DNA from: an uncultured delta proteobacterium
Lineage (GTDB): Bacteria > Desulfobacterota > Binatia > UBA9968
Length of the DNA stretch: 40,541 bases
Reading direction: 5' to 3'
NCBI GenBank assembly: GCA_963737905.1
Contig: CAVTUQ010000044.1
Span: 1-40,541 of the forward strand
Of the stretch, positions 21,449 through 30,384 are shown one piece after another. The notes beneath the pieces were generated by a model. That model saw only the letters and a list, made by a program, of their open reading frames with translations, searched no databases and had not been told where the DNA came from. How positions within the stretch are numbered: the stretch's first letter is position 1; each line of letters opens with the position of its first letter. A program made the translations under genes and the position numbers.

Positions 21449-22918
21449 CTACTTGTTGGAATTTGTAAATCCATAGGACTGCCAATTTTGCAGCACCCGC
21501 TCTTGCACCTCTTTGGGCCAGAGATTCTCAAAGCTCGCCTTGATCGGGATCGACTCTTGAGGCCAGTCTTTTGGCCACGTGCAGTCGAAGATCACTCCCG
21601 CCGCGTCTCCAACAAGCCGTTCTTTCTGCGGTAGAAACGGAAGAAGAACCGGGAACCCTGGATTGTGTGGAACTTGATGAATGCCATTTACGGGATGACA
21701 CTTGGTTGTTATCGCATGGAGCACTTCATCCATGTTCGTAGGATCGACATCGGCATCTACGATAACAACATAATAGGTGAAAAGACCTGGTTTCGTTGCC
21801 CATACGGCGTGGGCAACTCGGCGCGCGAAATTCACGAAGGGCACGTCAGTAGAAACCACCGCCATGTGACCGACGCCGTAAGGCGGGCAGAAGACTCCTT
21901 TGACCGGAAGCCCGAGCTTTTTCAATTCCCCGTAGATCTCAGCGCCTTTGATCAAAGCCGTGGCTGTCTGTCCCTCATGTACCGGCATCCCCATATTTGA
22001 GAAAGGCAGAATCGGATCCTTACGATGAGTAATCGCGTGTATCTTCAAGATCGGTTTGGGTGAAGACTTCCCTGCCTCATAGCCCATATACTCGCCGAAC
22101 GGTCCTTCCACCTTTCGCTCATGAGGAAGCACCTCCCCTTCGAGAATAATCTCGGCCGTGGCTGGCACCTCCAGATCGACGGTCTCACACTTCACCAGTG
22201 GAATCGGCGCCCCCTGCAGTGCGCCCGCTACTTCGACTTCATTGACATAAGGAGGAAGTTGCACGCAGCTCACGATCGGGATGACCGGCTGCCCGCCGAT
22301 TGCAATCGCCACGGGCATGGGCCGGTTCATCGCCTCGTACTTTTGGTACATTTGACCGATATGCTGCTGCAATGGCAAAAGACAACCTAGAGTGTTTCGG
22401 TCATGGACCATCAAGCGATACATGCCCCAGTTAACCCACGAGCTATCCGGATCTTTGGTGATCACGGTGTGCCAAGTGCCGATATAGCGCCCGCCATCAC
22501 CGCCGTGAATCAACGGGATCGGAAATTTAAGAACATCGACGTCGTCACCTAAAATAATGTTCTCTTTACATGGCCCAGTGTTTACTCTAATGGGCGGAAC
22601 GAGTTTTTCTTTTCGCTCCAGATACGTCTGCATGATTTCTTTGGCGGACGCATGGGGAGGTAACCTCAGCGCAAGCGCGGTACGTGCGAACAAGGAATGC
22701 TTCGGATGCCGGCTAGCTCCGAGCGGTGCTCCGAGAGCGCGGTACCCCTTTGGGTAACCTCGCACGTTCTCGAAAAGCGCGGCAGGAGCCCCCAGATCAT
22801 AGCATCTGCGCGTGATCGCCCCCATCTCGAGCTTCCAATCGACCTCGGTCTGAACCCGCTGCAGTTCCCCATACTCTTCAAGAATTTCCAAATAATCTCT
22901 GAGGTCGGTTAATTCCAT
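21449..22918 (-). CDS. UbiD-family prFMN-dependent (de)carboxylase
   Basis: DLRDYL, EVDWKLEMGAITRR, DGGRYIGT, NWGMYR, EGPFGEYMGY; probable start at 22918. Confidence 0.93.
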   Translation of the reverse strand: MELTDLRDYLEILEEYGELQRVQTEVDWKLEMGAITRRCYDLGAPAALFENVRGYPKGYRALGAPLGASRHPKHSLFARTALALRLPPHASAKEIMQTYLERKEKLVPPIRVNTGPCKENIILGDDVDVLKFPIPLIHGGDGGRYIGTWHTVITKDPDSSWVNWGMYRLMVHDRNTLGCLLPLQQHIGQMYQKYEAMNRPMPVAIAIGGQPVIPIVSCVQLPPYVNEVEVAGALQGAPIPLVKCETVDLEVPATAEIILEGEVLPHERKVEGPFGEYMGYEAGKSSPKPILKIHAITHRKDPILPFSNMGMPVHEGQTATALIKGAEIYGELKKLGLPVKGVFCPPYGVGHMAVVSTDVPFVNFARRVAHAVWATKPGLFTYYVVIVDADVDPTNMDEVLHAITTKCHPVNGIHQVPHNPGFPVLLPFLPQKERLVGDAAGVIFDCTWPKDWPQESIPIKASFENLWPKEVQERVLQNWQSYGFTNSNK

Positions 22919-23063
22919 CCATTGTCCCCCTATCCAATTGGCACTCAAGCTGGTTTGGGCTAGCGCCCTAGGAAACTAATCGTTTATGCTTTAACTATTT
23001 TATATCAGACAGCCTTCCGGATATGCAAAAGGTTTGAAATTTACCCGGCGCTCTTAGTAATTC

Positions 23064-23092
23064 TGGACAAAAATTACCTTGTGTTTTATACT
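23064..23092 (+). promoter_or_regulatory. sigma70 promoter of the bactofilin gene
   Basis: TGGACA-17 nt-TATACT; the -35 box lies inside a GTAATT-N9-AATTAC palindrome. Confidence 0.65.
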
Positions 23093-23118
23093 CAACCCTC
23101 GATCAAAAGGAGGCACCG

Positions 23119-23523
23119 ATGGCAGAGGCAAACAAATCGGGAGACTCAGGCGCTTATCTCGGGCCCGGAACAAAGATCCATGGAAAGTTACAGTTTGACG
23201 GGCCGGCAACCATCGAAGGTGAAATTGAAGGCGAGATCATCGCGCACGCCAGTGTAACGATCGGTCAACAAGCAACGATGAAGGGAAAAATCAGCGCCGT
23301 TTCCGTGGTCGTCCAGGGTAAGGTCATGGCCGAGGTGCAGGCCGAAAAAAAGTTGGAGATTCAATCGCCGGGCTCGATTGTTGGCGACGTGAATACCCAG
23401 ACGCTCATCATTGGCGATGGCGCCATCCTCGAAGGTCATGTTTCAATGAAGAAAGAAGGCAGAGTCCTTCCGCTGCGCCAAGATGCGAAGCCCGCGGTTG
23501 CCAAGGAAAGCACTTCTTCATAG
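23119..23523 (+). CDS. Bactofilin (polymer-forming cytoskeletal protein)
   Basis: YLGPGTKIHGKLQFDG..IEGEIEGEI beta-helix repeats, GAILEGHVSM; GGAGG RBS. Confidence 0.92.
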   Translation: MAEANKSGDSGAYLGPGTKIHGKLQFDGPATIEGEIEGEIIAHASVTIGQQATMKGKISAVSVVVQGKVMAEVQAEKKLEIQSPGSIVGDVNTQTLIIGDGAILEGHVSMKKEGRVLPLRQDAKPAVAKESTSS

Positions 23524-23525
23524 AG

Positions 23526-25292
23526 TTAATCCACGAAGAGGGGCACGATTTTTCGCTCCTTCGTCTTGACTAGGCCGCGCGCCGTGATCCTGAGCGAAGG
23601 CAGGGTTACAAAAGGGAGAAAACAAAGGGCATACATGGGGCGCTCGAATTGCGAGCCCCGCTCCCGAAGGCAGCGATGAATACGTCTTAGATCTTGGCCA
23701 ACTTCGCGCCAAGGGTTTAGGCTATAGATCCCGCCGACTGGGAACTCGATTTTTTCCAGAACCTGCTTATCGCTGACAACCGCCATCCCTCCGCCAGATT
23801 TGATCAAAGTGTTGGCGCACCACGCCATATCTGCATCACTGGCTCCCACAATCAGCAGCGTGTTTTCGTCGAGATCGGTGGTCGTCCCTACCGCGCCGAT
23901 TTTGGCACCGAATCCCTTGAGAAAACCCAGGGCGATGTTGTCGAGCTGGCCGTGCCGGTCAAACATCGCCACTTTCAATAAATCCTGATCGAGATCGGCT
24001 TCGACACAACCGTTTCGCCTCTCCACCTTCATGATTTTCTCCGCCGTGATATTTTGATTGAGTAACTCCATCACGCGGATCTTGACGTTTTCCATCGGGC
24101 AGTGCACGCGAAATTGCTCCGCAGCAATATTTGGATGCAAACGGAGACTGCGCATCATCTCAGGCGGAACCGAAATCGGAGCAGCCTGGACCCATGGCTG
24201 CCCGTCTTGCGCAACGACCTCGCCGCCGATCAGTGTTGCCTCAACTCGGAAGCTCTCCAGACTCTCCAACAGTGCCAGGTCTGCAAACCGGCCCGGCGCG
24301 ATGCCCCCCACGTCTTGCTCTACTCCGGAGTATGTCGCTGGATGCAAGGTCACGGCTTGGATCGCGCGAAGCGGGGAAAGCCCTAAACTAACCGCTCGTC
24401 GGAGGACATGGTCCATATGGCCGAGTTCCTCAATGTCGTCCGGTGCCATGCTGTCGGTCACAAGAATCAAACGCTCAGTGTCGATACCTCGCGCAATGAG
24501 CGGCCTAAGCGTCGCTTCTAAATCCTGGCGCAGCGAGCCCTCGCGCAACATAGTCCAATAACCCAAACGGAGCCGTTCCAAAGCGTCCTCCGCACGAATG
24601 GGCTCGTGGCACGACGAGATCCCTGATGCGGCCACCGCGCAAAGCTTCTGGTCTTTGGCGCCGGCGGTATGGCCGTGGATGATTTTACCGTGGCGCCATG
24701 CCATCTCGAGGCGTTCGAGAATCTCGTGGTCGCCCTGCGTCAACCGCAGCCAGGATACGATCTCGCCAAGCCCGAGAATGCGCGGGTCTTGGAGCGCTGC
24801 TTCGATTTCCGCGTTGGTCATAGTTGCCGTCTGGCAGAGCAGCGGATCCTGCGGCGCCACCATTGAAATGAGGGTGAACACGCGCAGCGGGTGCGCTTTT
24901 ACTTCTTCCAAAAAAAACTTCAAACCCCGATAGCCGAAGACCGTCGCCAACTCGTCGCAGGAGGCCATGAGCGCCGTCGTTCCGTGAGGGAGATAAGCCT
25001 GAAGATACTCGTAGGGTCGGCAGTAGTGGCCTATGTGAGTATGGCCGTCGATGAATCCAGGAGATACATAAAGCCCCCGCGCGTCCAAAATTCGAGTCGC
25101 CTCGCCCCGCGCATGAGCGGCGCTTGGACCGACGTAGCAGATTCTTCCGTCAAGAACTGCAATTTCCATCCCGTCGAGAATCTCCCCCGAATAGACGTTG
25201 ACAAGTTTGCCGGCGGTTACGATGAGGTCGGCTTTAACCTCCCCCATGGCGCCTTGAATCAGGCGCTGCAATTCTCTCTTTGTTCGAATCAT
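23526..25292 (-). CDS. Adenine deaminase-like amidohydrolase with an atypical active site
   Basis: ADLIVTAGKLVNVYSGE, PGFIDGHTH, REGS, GGIAPGRFAD and an Ade C-terminal domain; start probably 25292. Confidence 0.85.
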   Translation of the reverse strand: MIRTKRELQRLIQGAMGEVKADLIVTAGKLVNVYSGEILDGMEIAVLDGRICYVGPSAAHARGEATRILDARGLYVSPGFIDGHTHIGHYCRPYEYLQAYLPHGTTALMASCDELATVFGYRGLKFFLEEVKAHPLRVFTLISMVAPQDPLLCQTATMTNAEIEAALQDPRILGLGEIVSWLRLTQGDHEILERLEMAWRHGKIIHGHTAGAKDQKLCAVAASGISSCHEPIRAEDALERLRLGYWTMLREGSLRQDLEATLRPLIARGIDTERLILVTDSMAPDDIEELGHMDHVLRRAVSLGLSPLRAIQAVTLHPATYSGVEQDVGGIAPGRFADLALLESLESFRVEATLIGGEVVAQDGQPWVQAAPISVPPEMMRSLRLHPNIAAEQFRVHCPMENVKIRVMELLNQNITAEKIMKVERRNGCVEADLDQDLLKVAMFDRHGQLDNIALGFLKGFGAKIGAVGTTTDLDENTLLIVGASDADMAWCANTLIKSGGGMAVVSDKQVLEKIEFPVGGIYSLNPWREVGQDLRRIHRCLRERGSQFERPMYALCFLPFVTLPSLRITARGLVKTKERKIVPLFVD

Positions 25293-25330
25293 ATTCCGTT
25301 TGTAACACACCCCTATCCGGGTTACCAAAT

Positions 25331-25359
25331 TTGACATTCACCTCGCCGGCGCCTAATGT
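25331..25359 (+). promoter_or_regulatory. sigma70 promoter of the amidohydrolase gene
   Basis: TTGACA-17 nt-TAATGT. Confidence 0.7.
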
Positions 25360-25381
25360 TTCGCTACTAGGAGATTTTCAT

Positions 25382-26299
25382 ATGATCATCGATTGTCACG
25401 CTCATCTAGTTCCGCAGAGCTGGTTTCATCCCAAGTCGCCGAAGTCGATTTTCGATCTCGACGGATTGTTCAAACAGCAGGATGAAGCCGGTGTCGATAT
25501 GACCGTTTTCGGCAACAACTGGATTCGCTCGCCGGACGGCGCCGATGCGCTTCGCGTGGCCAGAGAGTTCAACGAACACGCCGCGGAGTTGACGGCGAAG
25601 CATCCCAAGCGGCTGCTCGGTCTTGCCTGCTCCGTGCCCTTCGACACCGATGCTATTCTTAAGGAGACTGAAAAGGCCGTTAAGGAATACAAACTCAAGG
25701 GCATCATGATCAACTCCAGCGTCGACGGTGAGTATCTCGATTCGCCGCGCGCTTCAGCGTTCTTTCAACTGGTCAGTGACCTGGATGTGCCCGTCTTCGT
25801 CCATCCACCAAAATTCACCATCGGCAATGAAAAGATGGAGATCTTCCGCTTGCCGGAGATGTTGGGCCGGCCCTTCGATACCACGCTTTCCCTGACCCGG
25901 TTTATTTTTACCGGCGGCCTTGAGCGATTTCCCAAGCTGAAATTGGTTTGTGCCCACGTGGGAGGAGCGCTGCCCTTGCTGCCGGGACGTTACGGTTTCG
26001 GCTACGAGCTCAGAAAGGACATGAGCTTCGGTCCCTGGGAACCCGACGTCATGACCCGCTCGCCCGCAAGTTATATTGCGCAGCTCTATCTCGATACCGT
26101 GTCGCTCCATCCGCCGGCAGTGCAATGCGCCATCGATACCGTCGGCATCGATCATGTGGTTTACGGCAGCGACTTTCCGCCTGTGCCCATTCCTCTCAAA
26201 CGCTCCGTGGATGTAGTCCATCAATTGAAGATTTCAAACCAAGACAAACAAAAGGTCCTCGGTGGCACCGCCGCCAAACTGCTGGGTCTTAGCGGATAG
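25382..26299 (+). CDS. Amidohydrolase_2 family protein (ACMSD/LigW-like decarboxylase or hydrolase)
   Basis: MIIDCHAH, FVHP, AHVGG, YGSDFP; AGGAG RBS before ATG at 25382. Confidence 0.9.
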   Translation: MIIDCHAHLVPQSWFHPKSPKSIFDLDGLFKQQDEAGVDMTVFGNNWIRSPDGADALRVAREFNEHAAELTAKHPKRLLGLACSVPFDTDAILKETEKAVKEYKLKGIMINSSVDGEYLDSPRASAFFQLVSDLDVPVFVHPPKFTIGNEKMEIFRLPEMLGRPFDTTLSLTRFIFTGGLERFPKLKLVCAHVGGALPLLPGRYGFGYELRKDMSFGPWEPDVMTRSPASYIAQLYLDTVSLHPPAVQCAIDTVGIDHVVYGSDFPPVPIPLKRSVDVVHQLKISNQDKQKVLGGTAAKLLGLSG

Positions 26300-26375
26300 C
26301 GACTTTTACCTCTGTCGCCGGCGCACCGAAAATCGATTTCAGCGGATCTAAACTTACGGTAAGGATGAAACTAGA

Positions 26376-26867
26376 ATGGCAAGACAGTTAAACCCCGGTG
26401 ATTCGTTTCCGGAGTACACCGTTCAACTGACGAATGGTAGGACCCTCACCATCCCGCAAGATCTCGGAGGAGAATACGCAGTGATCATCTACTACCGTGG
26501 TGTCTGGTGACCCTACTGCGTTCGGCAGTTGGCCGATTACCAAGCTCACATCGACCAATTCAAGCAAGAAAACGTTGACGTCATTGCTCTCTCCGTGGAC
26601 CCTTTAGATAAAGCCAAAGAGATGGCCGAACGAGTCAAAGCGACGTTTCCCATCGCCTATGGCCTAGAGGTGCCTCAGGACGCCGACAAAGTGGGCGCCT
26701 ATTGGGAAGAGCGGCGAAAGATCATACACGCCACCAACTTCATCATCGATGCGGATAAAAAAGTCACCCAGGCCTGTTTTGCCACGGGCCCCATCGGGCG
26801 CATCGTCGCCGAAGACGCTCTGCGTTCCATACAGGGAACCAAGAAAAGAAAGGCTCAGCGAGGCTAA
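26376..26867 (+). CDS. Peroxiredoxin-like (AhpC/TSA, thioredoxin fold) selenoprotein with a UxxC motif, 163 aa
   Basis: Continuous frame from ATG 26376: MARQLNPGDSFPEYTV...YYRGVW-TGA(26508-26510)-PYCVRQLADYQ...IALSVD; TGA sits at the first Cys of the family WCPYC motif; SECIS-like hairpin follows. Confidence 0.88.
26511..26540 (+). promoter_or_regulatory. Putative bacterial SECIS element
   Basis: Stem TCGGC/GCCGA begins 11 nt after the UGA; loop AGTTG has GU at the 5' side. Confidence 0.6.
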
Positions 26868-27911
26868 TAACCGGCGCCGACAACTTCACCGATAACTCGA
26901 ACGGCCTGCTCGCAATCGGCTCGGCTGACGTCCCGGTGAGTCACCACACGGACGCGGGTTCCATCCACGGCGCCGCTCAGGACTTGTCGCTGATTGAGTT
27001 TGTCTACGAATTGCGGCGCGCTAAGTCTCGTACGGCCAACGTCGAATATGACGATATTGGTCTGAACTTTTTTCGGATCGATTTGAATGCCCGGGAATCG
27101 CTGCGAGCCCCTCGGCCAGGATGTGTGCGTTTTCATGGTCCCCCGGCAATAATTTTGGCCCCTCTTCGAGGGCAACCAAACCTGCGGCCGCCAGCACGCC
27201 GACCTGCCGCATGCCGCCGCCCAGCATTTTTCGAATAACCCGGGAGCGCTCGATAAAATCTTTCGACCCGACAATCATCGACCCGACGGGCGCGCCCAAC
27301 CCTTTGCTGAGACAGAACTGCACGGAATCAAACTTCTTTGTGATCTCGCCAACATTCTCACCCAAGTAAACCGCGGCGTTGAAAATCCGCGCGCCGTCCA
27401 AATGGACCTTGAGCCCCATCTCATGGGCGCGGTCACAGATCTCCTTCGCCAGTGCCGTTGGATAGACCGTGCCGCCGGCCATGTTGTGCGTGTTTTCCAG
27501 AGCGACCAAGCTCGTCAGCGGGCGATAATAAGCTTTCTCGCGAACGGCATGGGCGATTTGCTCCCAGGTCATGATACCGTTTTCCGCAGGCACTACCCGC
27601 GGAAGAACGCCGCCGAGAGCGCACATGGAAGCCATCTCGTAGTTGTAGATGTGCCCCGCGGCTTCGCAGATGACCTCCTGGCCCCGCGAGGTCTGGGCCA
27701 TGATGCAGGTCAAATTGCCCATGCTGCCGGAGGGCACGAACAACCCGGCCTCACGGCCAAAGATTTCCGCGGCGCGCGATTGCAGCCGGTTGACGGTCGG
27801 ATCTTCCAGATAAACGTCGTCGCCGACTTCCGCCTCAGCCATGGCTTGCCGCATGGCCGGCGAGGGCTTGGTTACCGTATCGCTGCGTAGATCGATAATT
27901 TTGTCGCTCAT
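26864..27911 (-). pseudogene. ltaE: Low-specificity L-threonine aldolase with a 1-nt frameshift near 27090-27095 (pseudogene or sequencing error)
   Basis: [38 protein letters not shown]; the C-terminus (VQTNIVIFD...RVRVVTHRDVS) continues in another frame; span 1048 nt = 3n+1. Confidence 0.88.
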
Positions 27912-27927
27912 TTTCGTTTCGCCACCT

Positions 27928-28680
27928 CTACTCTAGCCGCCCTTCGATGTCTTGAATCGTTTCCTTTGAAAGCGACGGCTTCACGAAAGCATTGTAAATG
28001 CAGTCGTTCTGCAGCCACATGATGTCCGCTCGCTGTTTGACGGCTTCGCGCATCTCGTGTTGCAAACGCTCTTCCATACAGTGTTGCTTGATGACATCGA
28101 TCACCATGTTGCCGTGTCCTTCGTCGTGATATTCGTGAGCGCGAAAAAAATCCAAGCAGTCAAAAGGTACCCAGGGGTAATATTTCTCCAGCGCTTCCCT
28201 TTCCTCTTTCATGCGCTTGGGCCCGCCGCCTTCAAAGACCAAACCGGTACCGATGGCCACCGCCCAATGGCTTTGTTGCACCAGGGAAACATACATTTCC
28301 AGCGCCGCGCGAACGCCCGGCAGCGGCTCATAATGGAGGATTTCGTCCCGCGGAATTCCTATTCCGGCGGCAAACTGCACCCAGAGATCCCGATGGCTGG
28401 GATATTTGCCGCCGAATAAATCCTCCCCTTCTTCCTCCACCATATTTTCCAAAAGCATTCTTCGCAGCTCCGGGATCGGACACTTTTGATAGCGGATACC
28501 GAAGAAGCGGTGGATGTTGCGGAATTCATGAAACTGATTCTTGGCCCACCCTTGAAGCTGTTCTTTCGTCAGTCGTCCGCTGAGCAGAAGCTGACGAATC
28601 GGATGAGGCCGGGGGTGGCGCTGCTGCAGAGTCTCTTGAAGATCGGCGATCAATGCTTCGGGAAGAAGTAGCTTTGACAT
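27928..28680 (-). CDS. PqqC/CADD-like heme-oxygenase-fold diiron enzyme
   Basis: HP...[24 protein letters not shown]...[21 protein letters not shown]. Confidence 0.85.
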   Translation of the reverse strand: MSKLLLPEALIADLQETLQQRHPRPHPIRQLLLSGRLTKEQLQGWAKNQFHEFRNIHRFFGIRYQKCPIPELRRMLLENMVEEEGEDLFGGKYPSHRDLWVQFAAGIGIPRDEILHYEPLPGVRAALEMYVSLVQQSHWAVAIGTGLVFEGGGPKRMKEEREALEKYYPWVPFDCLDFFRAHEYHDEGHGNMVIDVIKQHCMEERLQHEMREAVKQRADIMWLQNDCIYNAFVKPSLSKETIQDIEGRLE

Positions 28681-28808
28681 AAAAACCCCCGATGGGGAGG
28701 AAAAGTCTTTACCGCTAATGGCCGCATCATATCGAACTTCGTCGGCCATGACCAGACGACCCGGTTCGCGTGTTGTCTTTTAGCCCCGCCTTTACTAGCA
28801 TACGGTTC

Positions 28809-29567
28809 GTGGTCTCTCTAGCCTTGCGCGAGCTCACGAAACGTTTTGGTTCCATCGTCGCGGTCAATCGCGCCAATCTCACGGTCAATAGCGGCGAATT
28901 CCTCGTTATCGTCGGGGAGAGCGGGTGCGGCAAGACCACAACCCTGAGACTCATCGCCGGCTTGGAAACTCCTGACGGCGGCACGGTTTTTATCGGCGGC
29001 GTTCCCGTCAACGACGTCCCCGTGGGCAAGCGCGGAGTTCAGATGATTTTTCAGAGTTACGCGCTCTGGCCACACATGAAGGTCTTCGACGAACAACGTT
29101 ACACCAACCTCACCTTACCGTTGAAGATTCGTAAATGGTCCCGTGAGAAGATCGCCGAATTTCTCCGGCCGCTGGCGCAAAAGCTGGGTATTGAAGAGAG
29201 CTTTTTTCAGCGGCGGCCGACGGAATTGTCCGGCGGCCAGCAGCAGAGAGTTGCTGTGGGCCGGGCCATGGCCACTTCGCCGCGAATCCTGCTCATGGAT
29301 GAGCCCCTGAGTAACATCGATCCGCCGAACCGTCTCAAGATGCGCGGTGAAATCATCAAATTTCACCACGAAAATCGTCTCACGACGATCTACGTCACGC
29401 ACAATTTGGCGGATGGAGTAGCGTTAGCGGACCGCATCGCCGTCATGAGAGAAGGCCGCTTCGAGCAGGTGGACACACCGGAAAATCTCATGCGGCAACC
29501 GGCAACCCCTTACATTGTCGACTTCTTCAAAGCCGAGCAGCTTACTCGGCGAGGTAGCTTTGCCTAG
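28809..29567 (+). CDS. ABC transporter ATP-binding protein (MalK/PotA-like, no C-terminal TOBE domain)
   Basis: GESGCGKTT, FQSYALWPHM, LSGGQQQRVA, LLMDEP; start uncertain (GTG 28809). Confidence 0.9.
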   Translation: MVSLALRELTKRFGSIVAVNRANLTVNSGEFLVIVGESGCGKTTTLRLIAGLETPDGGTVFIGGVPVNDVPVGKRGVQMIFQSYALWPHMKVFDEQRYTNLTLPLKIRKWSREKIAEFLRPLAQKLGIEESFFQRRPTELSGGQQQRVAVGRAMATSPRILLMDEPLSNIDPPNRLKMRGEIIKFHHENRLTTIYVTHNLADGVALADRIAVMREGRFEQVDTPENLMRQPATPYIVDFFKAEQLTRRGSFA

Positions 29568-29574
29568 GGGGCGC

Positions 29575-30372
29575 ATGAAAACCCGGCGCGCATTTTTTCT
29601 GTTTTTGATTTTTCTCCAATCGCTGGGCGCTTTTTCAGCCGCTGCTTCCTGCCGTGACCCCGATGTCGCTCGACGTTTCTCCGGCCTGGCCTATGCAGCC
29701 GCGCCCGACGCGACCATCGAGTATTTCGGTCACAATTTCTTCCAGATTACCTCGAGCAAGGGAACCAAGATTATCACCGATCCGCTGGCGCCGGGAATGC
29801 ACCCAACCCCGGTGGTGACCCCGCACGTGGTCACCGTGGGTCGAGAGCATCCGAACCACAACTATGTGGAGCTCGCGCAAGGAAATCCTATTATCATACG
29901 CGGCCTCGCCAACCATGGAGCCGAATGGAATAAGGTAAGCACGTCGGTTCGCGACGTGCTCATCTACAATATCCCCGTCTATCAGCAGGCCTTCGGCACC
30001 GCTCTCAAGGGCGCGGCTTTCGTCTTCGATCTGGGAGCGCTCTGTATCGCCCACCTGGGAGATTTGAGCCATCCGTTGGTACCCGAACAAGTCAAGGCTT
30101 TCGGCAAAGTGGACGTCGTGATGATTCCCATCGGCGGCACTTTCACTATGCCGCCCGATACCGCCCGTGAAGTCCTTACGCAATTGAAACCGAAGATCGC
30201 CATCCCCATGCATTACCGTGAAAACACGTCGTTGCTGGAGATGTTTTTCCAAGGGATGCCCCACCGGCGCTTGCTAAACAACACTCTGGTCGTCAGCAAA
30301 GCAGCCTTGCCTGCGCAGACGGAAATCGTCGTTCTGACCCCTTACAGCGGCGGCTACGGCCAAGCCCATTGA
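29575..30372 (+). CDS. Exported metallo-beta-lactamase-fold protein
   Basis: Signal peptide; YFGHNFF, ITDP, AHLGDL, IPIGGTFTM, IPMHY. Confidence 0.85.
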   Translation: MKTRRAFFLFLIFLQSLGAFSAAASCRDPDVARRFSGLAYAAAPDATIEYFGHNFFQITSSKGTKIITDPLAPGMHPTPVVTPHVVTVGREHPNHNYVELAQGNPIIIRGLANHGAEWNKVSTSVRDVLIYNIPVYQQAFGTALKGAAFVFDLGALCIAHLGDLSHPLVPEQVKAFGKVDVVMIPIGGTFTMPPDTAREVLTQLKPKIAIPMHYRENTSLLEMFFQGMPHRRLLNNTLVVSKAALPAQTEIVVLTPYSGGYGQAH

Positions 30373-30384
30373 TTTTCGTGCCTG

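Noticed and set aside
26529-26867. 112-aa TTG-start ORF as a complete gene
   Set aside because: It lacks the redox motif and is the C-terminal part of the selenoprotein starting at 26376
26864-27274. Separate 136-aa gene
   Set aside because: Only its last part is meaningful, as the frameshifted C-terminus of ltaE
27928-28680. pqqC of PQQ biosynthesis
   Set aside because: No pqqA/B/D/E nearby, and the protein carries diiron ligands that true PqqC lacks
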